Origin: Kiritimatiellia bacterium
GTDB taxonomy: Bacteria > Verrucomicrobiota > Kiritimatiellia > RFP12 > UBA1067
Length of the DNA: 64,000 nucleotides
Direction: 5' to 3'
Assembly (NCBI GenBank): GCA_045598585.1
Contig: JAZLMG010000039.1
Location: 31,558 to 95,557, forward strand
In this document: positions 17,016-25,401 of the stretch, piece after piece
Layout: every line of letters begins with the position of its first letter
Numbering within the stretch: position 1 is the stretch's first letter
The notes under the pieces: model-generated
The model's input: the letters and a program-made list of their open reading frames with translations, nothing else
What the model was told of the DNA's origin: nothing
The model's database searches: none
Translations under genes and position numbers: made by a program

Positions 17016-17900
17016 ATGGAAAAGATTACTTACGATCTCATCTTCGGCATGGGGCAAGCGTGTGGCTGTTCCTTGACGCTCCGCCGCGCCCAATTCGCCG
17101 CGCATGAAGCGGAGACGAAAGCGAAAAAGCGAAAGCTCCATAGAGCCTTGAGACTGAATCGCCTCTTGGGTTTATGGTATAGCCGCTTCAATCCCATTGC
17201 TGATTTCATCGCTCGCTGCAAACGGCGCAAATACGATCAGATCGCAATCCTTGGCTATAATTGCGAAGCGGCCTTTCGATTCTTTCGCCGCTGGAAATTC
17301 CTCGACTCTTCGCTTTTCGCTTGGGCGAATTCAATCGACATCATGACGCTAACTTACGCACTTGAGAACTTAGAACATCTCGGCACAGAGGGTTTCGAGT
17401 ATATACTTCCCACCAGAATGTGGAAGTGCAAAAAGAGCGGCATTCAGTTCCACGGCAAAATGAAAGATTATGTCGGATCCCCTGAAAAGACCGAAGAACA
17501 GATTGCCGAAGATATTAAAGATCTAACCGAGAGAATCGCTTACCTGAAGAAGAAGTTCCTTCGTTATCTGACGAACGATAAGGCAACCCTACTCGTATAT
17601 CGAATCGGAGACGAAGCTACCGCGCCTGCCCTTGACAGCAAGCTTGATGCCCTTGAAAAAGCGCTCGCCAAGCTCGGCGCGAAGAACTGCAAACTTTTGA
17701 TCGTCACCAAGCGCGATACGCTCCATCTAATGCCGACGGGAGAAAACCGCATTTTCCGCGCCGTCAACAAATTTAGCCCGCCGGACGATGTCACCAATCG
17801 CAAGGAAGGCGACAGGGCTAATTGGAATCGCATTTGGAGCGAATTCGCGCCGAAGACGATTCTTCCGAAGAAACACTCTTTCAAATTCGAGGAAACCTGA
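17016..17900 (+). CDS. DUF1796-like protein, B-type domain only; in-frame deletion derivative of the two-domain paralog 19618-21138
   Basis: 294 aa. The first 26 aa (MEKITYDLIFGMGQACGCSLTLRRAQ) match the start of the 506-aa paralog. They join directly to FAAHEAETKAKKR..., the linker plus second domain (ILGYNCEAAFRFFRRWKFLDSSLFAW). ATG 17016 is preferred over TTG 17010. Confidence 0.6.
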   Translation: MEKITYDLIFGMGQACGCSLTLRRAQFAAHEAETKAKKRKLHRALRLNRLLGLWYSRFNPIADFIARCKRRKYDQIAILGYNCEAAFRFFRRWKFLDSSLFAWANSIDIMTLTYALENLEHLGTEGFEYILPTRMWKCKKSGIQFHGKMKDYVGSPEKTEEQIAEDIKDLTERIAYLKKKFLRYLTNDKATLLVYRIGDEATAPALDSKLDALEKALAKLGAKNCKLLIVTKRDTLHLMPTGENRIFRAVNKFSPPDDVTNRKEGDRANWNRIWSEFAPKTILPKKHSFKFEET

Positions 17901-18694
17901 TGACAGAACTTTACGATCTCGTGATTCCACTAGGTGAGGCCTGTAGCTCAACGGGAACACTGCGCAGGGCCAAACTCCAACATCTCTCCTTCCCTTATGA
18001 TTGGGTTATGGCATCGGAAAACGATACCGAGCGCGCTATTCACGATCTCGTCACCCGCGCAACATGTGTCGCAAACCGTTTCAACGGGTGGTTCAAGGCA
18101 GAAGACTTCAAATTTTTCACTTCCGTACCTGAAACCAAAAAAGACGGATTCATCAACACGAAGCTCGGGCTTGCTTTTCTCCACGACTTCCCGACAGGTA
18201 TGGCGTTCCCGGAAGCCTTTACGCTTACCCTCTCTCGTTATCAAAAGCGCATCCGCCGGCTCCTTTCTCTGCTGGATCATGCAAAGCGTGTCCTTATCTT
18301 CCGCCTTGAACGCCCTGCCGAAAAGACCTACAAACCGATGCCGACTTCGCTGGAGGACTGCCGCGAGGCACGGCGAATTCTCGCAGCGGCGTATCCTCAC
18401 GCGACATTTGACATGATTCTCTTTGCTTTCGAACGCGGACGCGCCGAGAAAGATATGATCGTCGAAGAGATTGAACCGGGACTTCGCCGCATTACCTTCG
18501 ACTATCACTGCTACGCGCCTGGCTCTCCCGAGTATTCCGTTCGCGTCGACCGAACATCCAAAATCTTAAAGCGCTATGCGCGCGTCACCGATTATCGTAC
18601 GGACGAAGAAAAGGCGGATTTTCGAAAGCTTCGCTTCAAAAAACGTCTTAATAATTTCTTAAAGCCCTTTAAACGACTTTTCAATCGTCTCTGA
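17900..18694 (+). CDS. DUF1796-like protein (A-type paralog 2)
   Basis: Start ATG 17900 overlaps the previous stop (TGATG). MTELYDLVIPLGEACSSTGTLRRAKLQHLSFPYDW..., C-terminal TDYRTDEEKADF plus a basic tail. Confidence 0.5.
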   Translation: MTELYDLVIPLGEACSSTGTLRRAKLQHLSFPYDWVMASENDTERAIHDLVTRATCVANRFNGWFKAEDFKFFTSVPETKKDGFINTKLGLAFLHDFPTGMAFPEAFTLTLSRYQKRIRRLLSLLDHAKRVLIFRLERPAEKTYKPMPTSLEDCREARRILAAAYPHATFDMILFAFERGRAEKDMIVEEIEPGLRRITFDYHCYAPGSPEYSVRVDRTSKILKRYARVTDYRTDEEKADFRKLRFKKRLNNFLKPFKRLFNRL

Positions 18695-19514
18695 ACTTCT
18701 TGTGATAGACGGTGATCTTGAAAATGCGAATCGTGTGACGACGCTCGGAGTGGCGGTTGTCGAAAAAGAATCGTTTAATCGCCATAAGTAAGCGACGTCT
18801 GAATACGGAGCCATTGAACGCAGCGAGCTTATATCCTTGAGCTTCAATGGCGAGACCAAGCATGCGCTCCATCAAGTGCGCATAAGTCGTCGGCACATGA
18901 GAGCCGCTTACCGTGAAAATATCGGCAGTAAACGGGTAGTCGGCGAAAACTTTAAGAAGTTTGCCGCGAACCGCGAACATCGTCCCCCCGACGAACCAAG
19001 CACCCCAAGGAACGCGAAGATTGAAGTTGCGCTTCAATTCCTTAACCGCGTCATCAAACCAATTCTCTCCGCCTTCACTACGCCCATATACGAGATGACG
19101 ATCGGCAACTAGGCCGACTTTAGGATCAGCGAAAGTCTTAAGCGTCGCCTTCCATGCCTCAGGAGTTTTCACGAAAGCGAGAAGGTAGTCGCGCCAGGCG
19201 GAGCCATTGAGCTTCGCGCTATTCATGACGAATGGATAGTTCTTTATGATATCACGCTTCGTGTGGAGCTTGACAACGATATCAAAAGCGCACGGGTCTA
19301 TCGCCTTAAGTGCCGTAACGAATGGCCAAATATCATAGCCACGATTCTCGCAGAGAATGAAACGCGCAGCGGGAAAATCGGTTTTCGCTTCGCAAACCGA
19401 CGCTTCGTCAACATAAGTTATGACGAGCTCGTCAGGAGAAACGGTCTTTATCGCGTCCCTAAGCTCAGGCCACATTTCAGGATAAAAGATATGAACAATC
19501 GCAGCGACTTTCAT
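18681..19514 (-). CDS. RgpF-like glycosyltransferase (second copy)
   Basis: 277 aa. VAAIVHIFYPEMWPEL...ENRGYDIWPFV...VVKLHTKRD. C-terminal tail RRHTIRIFKITVYHKKFRDD. Its 3' end overlaps the convergent gene by 14 nt. Confidence 0.6.
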   Translation of the reverse strand: MKVAAIVHIFYPEMWPELRDAIKTVSPDELVITYVDEASVCEAKTDFPAARFILCENRGYDIWPFVTALKAIDPCAFDIVVKLHTKRDIIKNYPFVMNSAKLNGSAWRDYLLAFVKTPEAWKATLKTFADPKVGLVADRHLVYGRSEGGENWFDDAVKELKRNFNLRVPWGAWFVGGTMFAVRGKLLKVFADYPFTADIFTVSGSHVPTTYAHLMERMLGLAIEAQGYKLAAFNGSVFRRRLLMAIKRFFFDNRHSERRHTIRIFKITVYHKKFRDD

Positions 19515-19522
19515 GTTTGGAT

Positions 19523-19531
19523 ATTATACCA
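19523..19531 (-). promoter_or_regulatory. Extended -10 TGGTATAAT, 8 nt upstream of ATG 19514
   Basis: Reverse complement of 19523-19531 is TGGTATAAT. The spacer 19515-19522 is 8 nt with no SD. Confidence 0.45.
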
Positions 19532-19599
19532 TTTTACTTACTTACAGTCAACGATGCATTCGAGCTTTAAATTTGAGCTTGCGTTATTAGATAGTAATA

Positions 19600-19608
19600 T
19601 GATATAAT
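19600..19608 (+). promoter_or_regulatory. Extended -10 TGATATAAT, 9 nt upstream of ATG 19618
   Basis: TGATATAAT at 19600-19608. The spacer ctaaacatt is 9 nt with no SD. Confidence 0.45.
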
Positions 19609-19617
19609 CTAAACATT

Positions 19618-21138
19618 ATGGAAAAGATTACTTACGATCTCATCTTCGGTATGGGACAAGCGTGCGGATGCTCGCAAACCATTCGCCGTGCCCAGCTTCA
19701 ATTTTTATCCTTCCCCGGCGACTGGACGGGTCCCGTCTATAGCGACCCGGAACACCCCGCCTTCGAACATGATTTTCGCAATCGCTGCGAAACGCTAATA
19801 GCGCCCCCCGCCGACTTCTTCAAGCCGGAAAACTTCAAGAAACAAGTCGCGGTTTCGAATACCGGTAAGCAGGTCTACATCAATCCGGAAACCCGCTATG
19901 TTTTCAACCATGACTTCACTATCGGAAATGACTTCGCGGAAGAACTGCCGAAAGTCGTGTCTCGGTATCGTAAGCGCCGTGATCGCCTTTTCGAAGCGAT
20001 TAAGTCTTCGAAGCGTGTTCTCGTCGTTCGTATCGATATTCCCGAGGGGAAATATCCCGCCTCGCTCGACGACTGCCGCTATGTGCGCGGTCGTCTCGAA
20101 GAAACTTTCCCGGGCGTAAAGTTCGATGTCGCGCTCCTTTCCTACGCGAAAGACCTCCCCTTCGAAAAGCGCACTTTCGAAGAAGTCGAGTCAGGGCTCT
20201 ATCACCTCGCCTTTGACTTCTACGACCACAAGCATCCGCTTCCCAATCAACCGAATCTCGCGCTTACTTCAGTCGCTCTGGCGGAACATTTCGCCGTTAA
20301 AGACTATCGAACCGAAGCGGAGCGCGTTCAATTTGCCGCGCATGAAGCAGAGACAAAAGCGAAGAAGCGTGCGCTCAAGCGCGCCAAAGTCTTCGGTCAG
20401 CTTAAAGGCCTTTGGTTCTCGCGCTTTAATCCGATCGCCGATCTTGTTGCCCGCTTGAAGCGTCAAAAATTCGAACAGATCGCCCTTCTCGGCATTAATT
20501 GTGAGGCCGCGTTTCGCTTCTACAATCGTTGGGGCTTTGTCGACTCGTCCCTTTTCGCTTGGACGAATACGGGCGATATCATGATGCTCACGCGCGCTCT
20601 CGAAAACTTCGAACGCCTCGGCGCGGAGGGCTTCGAGTTCCACGCACCCTCCAAAACGTGGAAATGCAAGGCAAGCGGCGTTTATTTCCACGGGCGCATG
20701 AAAGCACATGCCGGAGATCCCGCGCCGACCGAAGAACAAATTGCTGCGGATCTTAAAGATCTCACCGAGCGCGTAGCTTACCTTAAGGAGAAATTCCTTC
20801 GCTATGTGACGAACGAAAAACCGACCCTTCTCGCCTATCGTCTCGGCGAGGAAGCGAATGCGCCGGCGCTCGATAATAAGCTGAAAGCGCTTGAGAAAGC
20901 GCTAAAGAAGCTCGGTGCGAAGAACTGCAGCCTGCTTATCGTCACAACGCGCGAAACGCTCCATCTGATGCCGGCGGGAGAAAACCGCATTTTCCGCGCC
21001 GTCAACAAATTCAGCCCTCCGGACGATGTCACGAATCGCAAAAAAGGCGACAAGGCGAATTGGAATCGCATTTGGAGTGAATTCGCGCCGAGAACGATTA
21101 TGCCCAAGAAACACTCCTTCAAGTTCGAAGAGCTTTAA
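19618..21138 (+). CDS. Two-domain DUF1796-like protein (A-type domain, basic linker, B-type domain)
   Basis: 506 aa. N-terminal domain YDLIFGMGQACGCSQTIRRAQLQFLSFPGDW...KDYRTEAERVQ, linker FAAHEAETKAKKRALKRAK, second domain IALLGINCEAAFRFYNRWGFVDSSLFAW. Confidence 0.55.
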   Translation: MEKITYDLIFGMGQACGCSQTIRRAQLQFLSFPGDWTGPVYSDPEHPAFEHDFRNRCETLIAPPADFFKPENFKKQVAVSNTGKQVYINPETRYVFNHDFTIGNDFAEELPKVVSRYRKRRDRLFEAIKSSKRVLVVRIDIPEGKYPASLDDCRYVRGRLEETFPGVKFDVALLSYAKDLPFEKRTFEEVESGLYHLAFDFYDHKHPLPNQPNLALTSVALAEHFAVKDYRTEAERVQFAAHEAETKAKKRALKRAKVFGQLKGLWFSRFNPIADLVARLKRQKFEQIALLGINCEAAFRFYNRWGFVDSSLFAWTNTGDIMMLTRALENFERLGAEGFEFHAPSKTWKCKASGVYFHGRMKAHAGDPAPTEEQIAADLKDLTERVAYLKEKFLRYVTNEKPTLLAYRLGEEANAPALDNKLKALEKALKKLGAKNCSLLIVTTRETLHLMPAGENRIFRAVNKFSPPDDVTNRKKGDKANWNRIWSEFAPRTIMPKKHSFKFEEL

Positions 21139-21213
21139 TACTCAATCGTCACTGAACTTCTTTCGGTAGACGGTGATTTTGAAGATGCGGATGGTATGAC
21201 GACGCGCGGATCG

Positions 21214-22053
21214 TCACACACGAAATGTTTTCGCTACCTTCAAAAGCGACAAGCCGAACATACGAATCTCCGCCTTACGAAGCGACCGAGATATCTTGAG
21301 TATCGGCAAGCCGAGAAAGTTCACGCGCGTAATCGTCTCACGGCTGAGTTCATACTCCGCATACAATTCCGGCAGATTGATCTTAGCCCACGCTTTCACG
21401 CGGCGATCCTGCGCTTCAAGTTCCTTCTTGCGCAAAACCGACGTATTAGACTCATGCCAACGATAATCAATCAACACTTCCGGCAAATTGTGAAAGACCG
21501 TCTTCGACAATAAGCGCATCCAAAGCATATAATCCTCGACCGGCGTATACTCGCTTTCATAACGCGCCCCTGTTTCGCGCAACACGCTCGCGCGGATCAT
21601 TGACGCCGGATGCCACATCGAAATTCCACGCATCATCGCCAACTTGATCGCGTGGTCATCTTGCGGAAACATTGTCACGCGACCGAATGTAGGTTTAGTC
21701 CATCCCGCCAAAACACCACATTCCGGATGTGCATCAAGATAAGCGACTTGGTGCGCAAAACGCTCCGCACGGCAAAGATCGTCGTGGTCAAAAACCGCCA
21801 AATATTCGCCCTTGGCCAAATCAATCAACTTGTTGCGCGAGGCGGAAATGCCGAGATTGCGCTCGTTCTTGATGTAAACGATGCGTGAATCATCATAGCT
21901 TTTAATCACCGCCTCGCGGCTATCTTCAGGACAATCGTCCAGCAACAGAAACTCAAAATCCGTGAATGTCTGTTTAAGAACACTTTCAATCGCTTCGCGC
22001 AAAATGCGTTCGTCTGTGCGATAGACCGGTGTTAAAACGGAAATCTTCATCAA
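21214..22053 (-). CDS. Glycosyltransferase family 2; ends at an in-frame TGA followed by 23 further conserved codons
   Basis: 279 aa. KISVLTPVYRTDERILREAIESVLKQTFTDFEFLLLDDCPED is a GT2 signature. See the finding on 21142-21216. Confidence 0.8.
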   Translation of the reverse strand: MMKISVLTPVYRTDERILREAIESVLKQTFTDFEFLLLDDCPEDSREAVIKSYDDSRIVYIKNERNLGISASRNKLIDLAKGEYLAVFDHDDLCRAERFAHQVAYLDAHPECGVLAGWTKPTFGRVTMFPQDDHAIKLAMMRGISMWHPASMIRASVLRETGARYESEYTPVEDYMLWMRLLSKTVFHNLPEVLIDYRWHESNTSVLRKKELEAQDRRVKAWAKINLPELYAEYELSRETITRVNFLGLPILKISRSLRKAEIRMFGLSLLKVAKTFRV

Positions 22054-22059
22054 AACTCC

Positions 22060-22896
22060 TTACTCGAACCAGAGCGGATAATCACGTGCGACAAGATTCT
22101 TCACCTGAAGAATCTTCTCAAGCTTCCGATACAGACGATATTGAAGTTCAGAAATCTTTCGCTCTAGCGCATTCCCGCCCACGCTCACTCGTTTCTTTTT
22201 CGCCCGTTTACTCTCTGAAGCATATCGAGCTTTCTCTTCCTCTGTGCGAGTATCAACGACGCCGAAATGTTCGGATAAAAACCGTGCCAACACACACTCC
22301 TTGACCTTATGAGAAATCTCTCCCCAATCGTAGGTTGCATAATTGCAAGTAACCGAGGTGATTCCGGGCGCAACCTCACGAACCTCGTACGCCGATTGCT
22401 TTTCATCAAGATGGAAATACACGAGGTCAAAAGTACAATTCGGGAACTTCGTTTCGAGAATCCGCTTCGCCTCCGCAAGCGTCTCATCGCTCTCGCAGGG
22501 ATTGATCGGACGCTCCACGTACACGACAAGCGCAGAAGAACTCTTACGTACATCACTTAAGAATCGCTTAACCCGGCGGGCATATTTCTCCGCAACCTCA
22601 GGATAGACTTCGTCAAAGCGAACGAGGCGCGAGAAATCATGCGGATAACCGAAGCGCGTTTTTCGATTCTGATACACGTTGTTGTTAAAGCTACCGCCAC
22701 GAACGGCAACGAACTGTAAATCGTCTTTTTCGAACCAATTCGCAAATTCGCTCTCGATCATTCGCGCACTCTTGACAATGCCGGGAGCACCGATCCAATC
22801 GAGCGGATAGGACGCAAACTGCATCTTGGCCGCACGAAGCGCCATCGTACCTCCACATGAGAAACCCATGCTGAACGCCAAATCGTAAGTCGTCAT
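22060..22896 (-). CDS. DUF1796-like protein (A-type paralog 3)
   Basis: ORF trimmed to ATG 22896, 1 nt after the upstream stop. MTTYDLAFSMGFSCGGTMALRAAKMQFASYPLDW..., C-terminal VDTRTEEEKARY plus a basic tail. Confidence 0.5.
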   Translation of the reverse strand: MTTYDLAFSMGFSCGGTMALRAAKMQFASYPLDWIGAPGIVKSARMIESEFANWFEKDDLQFVAVRGGSFNNNVYQNRKTRFGYPHDFSRLVRFDEVYPEVAEKYARRVKRFLSDVRKSSSALVVYVERPINPCESDETLAEAKRILETKFPNCTFDLVYFHLDEKQSAYEVREVAPGITSVTCNYATYDWGEISHKVKECVLARFLSEHFGVVDTRTEEEKARYASESKRAKKKRVSVGGNALERKISELQYRLYRKLEKILQVKNLVARDYPLWFE

Positions 22897-22897
22897 A

Positions 22898-23890
22898 TTA
22901 TTTTCGCTCCCAATTAATTCTAAGAATATGTCGCACGTGCCAAAGAAGATCTTCAACAAAAGCCGAAAACGAATGAAAGCGCAAAGTGCGTCTCGCATAA
23001 ATCCGTTTGGACGTACCGTCAAAAGTCGAAGTTCCCGCATCGCGAATAACCGCAACGATCTGATCGAAGAAGTTGTACTTCTCCAAGATCAACTTCTTCG
23101 CTTCCAAAATCGCATCGCGGCGCTTCTCGTATTCCCCGTTCGCTATCGCCTCGCGAATAATTCGCGCCGCCTCGGACGGATTGTCGATCGGAATCGGGAT
23201 ATAGCACGCTTTCGGGAAGATTTCGTCGATTACCGGATCGCCCGCATAAAACGGCAAACATTCGCAAAGAATCGCGTCGGCGAACTTTTCCGTCCAGTGA
23301 TGAGGCGCAACATGATTCTCGACCGTAACATGATACTTGTACTCATCGAGCGCATCATACTTCTTCGCAAGCGGCTTAACCCCGTAGCCGAACCAATCAA
23401 ACCCCGCTATTTCCTTCGCGAGCGTCGAAATCAGCTGATAGCGAGCGAAGTGTTGAGTATGCTTCATTTGCTTCGCCGAACAAACAGCCGAAATCGTCTT
23501 CGTCTTCTTGGGGATTTGAAGAAGCTCCTCGGGAGCATGACCATGACAAGTCGGGAAATACCCGCGTCCCAACCGATACCCGGGATGGTTTTCGGCTTCT
23601 TTCGGACGATTCGTCAGGAGATAGCCGAATTGGCGCGTATAGGCCTTCGAGTAACTCTTGATCGAGATCGGCTCCCAAGTCATGAGAATCGTATTCTTTG
23701 GCGAACACCTGAGTCGCTCACAACCCTTCGTATAAGTGCCGCGATCATCGAACGGCATTTCGTCGAAAACGGCAAGCCAATCGTAGTCGGTGCACGTAGG
23801 ATCGAACACGAAGACAAAGCCGGGACGCAGCTCGACTTCGGGTGTGCCGACTTTTGACGCGTTCGAAAGGATCTTGATCTTTATCGCCAT
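22898..23890 (-). CDS. Glycosyltransferase family 10-like (fucosyltransferase-type C-terminal motif)
   Basis: 330 aa. [36 protein letters not shown] resembles the GT10 motif KF.L.FEN....YVTEK..DA....IP.YWG. Confidence 0.5.
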   Translation of the reverse strand: MAIKIKILSNASKVGTPEVELRPGFVFVFDPTCTDYDWLAVFDEMPFDDRGTYTKGCERLRCSPKNTILMTWEPISIKSYSKAYTRQFGYLLTNRPKEAENHPGYRLGRGYFPTCHGHAPEELLQIPKKTKTISAVCSAKQMKHTQHFARYQLISTLAKEIAGFDWFGYGVKPLAKKYDALDEYKYHVTVENHVAPHHWTEKFADAILCECLPFYAGDPVIDEIFPKACYIPIPIDNPSEAARIIREAIANGEYEKRRDAILEAKKLILEKYNFFDQIVAVIRDAGTSTFDGTSKRIYARRTLRFHSFSAFVEDLLWHVRHILRINWERK

Positions 23891-24972
23891 GCGTTAACCG
23901 TCGAAATGACTTCCGCGACTTCCGCATCGGTCAGTACCGGCGAAATGGGGAGCGAGATGATCGTATCATGGATCTTGTCGGTAATCGGGAGCTCGAGACC
24001 ATGCCATTCAGTGTAGGCAGGTTGACGATGAGGAGGAATCGGATAGTGAATTACCGTCTGAATACCCTTCTCCGTGAGATAGGCCTGGAAGGCTTCACGA
24101 TTTTCGACTCGTACGGGGAAAACGTGATAAACGTTATCTTTCTTTCCGCTGGGCGCTTCAGGGAGCGTAATTGCGGGGTTAACGATCTCCGCACAATAAC
24201 GCGCGGCGATTTCGACGCGGCGCATATTATCCTCATCAAGAACCGGCAACTTACAAGCGAGATACGCCGCTTGAAGCTCATCGAGTCGAGAATTGGTTCC
24301 GCGATAGAGGAAGTGATACTTGACGTCACTACCATAGTTACGAAGCGCGCGAAGCTTCGCCGCGAGCTCGTCGTCATTCGTAGTCATCGCGCCGCCATCA
24401 CCGAGACAGCCGAGGTTCTTGCCGGGGTAGAACGAGAATCCGGCAGCATCGCCTAAATTACCCGCGCGCTTGTCGCCAAAATAAGCGCCATGCGCCTGAG
24501 CACTGTCTTCGATGACCTTAAGGCCATGTTTCTTCGCAATCGCATTGATCTTATCCATCTCACAAGTGTGTCCATAGAGATGAACGACCATAATCGCCTT
24601 CGTCTTGGGCGTAATCGCTTCTTCGATTCGGTCGGGGTCGATAAGATAGGTCTCGAGTTTGGGCTCAACCAAAACCGGCGTCGCACCATTCGCGCTAATG
24701 GCTATGAGCGAAGCGATGTAAGTATTGGCGGGAGCGATGATTTCATCACCGGGTCCGATGCCCATCGCTTTGATGATAAGTTCAAGCGCATCGAGTCCGT
24801 TCGCGCAGCCAATCGCATGCTTAACGCCGCAATATTCAGCAAACGCCTTCTCAAACGCCTCGTCTTCCTTGCCGAGAAGATACCAACCGGAATCCAAGAC
24901 ACGCTTCGTCGCCTCATCCATTTCCTTGCGGAAGCGCTCATTGATCTTCTTAAGATCGAGAAACTTGATCAT
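23881..24972 (-). CDS. DegT/DnrJ/EryC1/StrS-family PLP sugar aminotransferase (FdtB/QdtB-like)
   Basis: 363 aa. [14 protein letters not shown]..., PLP-lysine region [16 protein letters not shown]. Adjacent to an FdtA-like isomerase. Confidence 0.85.
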   Translation of the reverse strand: MIKFLDLKKINERFRKEMDEATKRVLDSGWYLLGKEDEAFEKAFAEYCGVKHAIGCANGLDALELIIKAMGIGPGDEIIAPANTYIASLIAISANGATPVLVEPKLETYLIDPDRIEEAITPKTKAIMVVHLYGHTCEMDKINAIAKKHGLKVIEDSAQAHGAYFGDKRAGNLGDAAGFSFYPGKNLGCLGDGGAMTTNDDELAAKLRALRNYGSDVKYHFLYRGTNSRLDELQAAYLACKLPVLDEDNMRRVEIAARYCAEIVNPAITLPEAPSGKKDNVYHVFPVRVENREAFQAYLTEKGIQTVIHYPIPPHRQPAYTEWHGLELPITDKIHDTIISLPISPVLTDAEVAEVISTVNAWR

Positions 24973-25397
24973 TTCGACCTCCCTACTTGCTTGAGATATT
25001 CGTCGTGATTGCGAATGTAATCGCTTTCCGTATAATGTTCGCTCGCGAGAACAAGCATCACACTATCTTTCGAGAAATCCTTGATCTCTCGCCAAACCAT
25101 ACCTTCGACGACGAGGCCCTTGTTGGGCCAGTCGAGACGATGTTCCGTACGAGTGCCGTCGGGCATCTCGCAAACGAAAGTGAACGCTCCGCTGACGCAC
25201 ACCACGAACTGCTTGAGATCGCGATGAGCATGATTGCCGCGAACACTCCCGGGCTGGGTATCGAAGGAATAGTAAACGCGCTTAATCGGAAACGGCACGA
25301 TTTCGCTTAATTCTTCAAGCGCGATCAAGTTGCCCCGATCATCCCCGTGGTCGGGAATAAGGACTTCTTTAACGGAGGCATGGATTTCGTTCGTCAT
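24969..25397 (-). CDS. dTDP-4-keto-6-deoxyhexose 3,4-ketoisomerase (FdtA/QdtA, WxcM-like cupin)
   Basis: [13 protein letters not shown]...[35 protein letters not shown]. The start at ATG 25397 (M13) lies 4 nt after the GT8 stop; ATG 25433 is an alternative. Confidence 0.75.
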   Translation of the reverse strand: MTNEIHASVKEVLIPDHGDDRGNLIALEELSEIVPFPIKRVYYSFDTQPGSVRGNHAHRDLKQFVVCVSGAFTFVCEMPDGTRTEHRLDWPNKGLVVEGMVWREIKDFSKDSVMLVLASEHYTESDYIRNHDEYLKQVGRSK

Positions 25398-25401
25398 GGT
25401 A

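Noticed and set aside
21214-21216. Considered whether the in-frame TGA indicates an alternative genetic code or selenocysteine.
   Set aside because: TGA terminates many well-defined genes in the window, including several ATGA or TGATG coupled junctions. No SECIS-like hairpin follows. A nonsense mutation, a relic or a sequencing error is more parsimonious.
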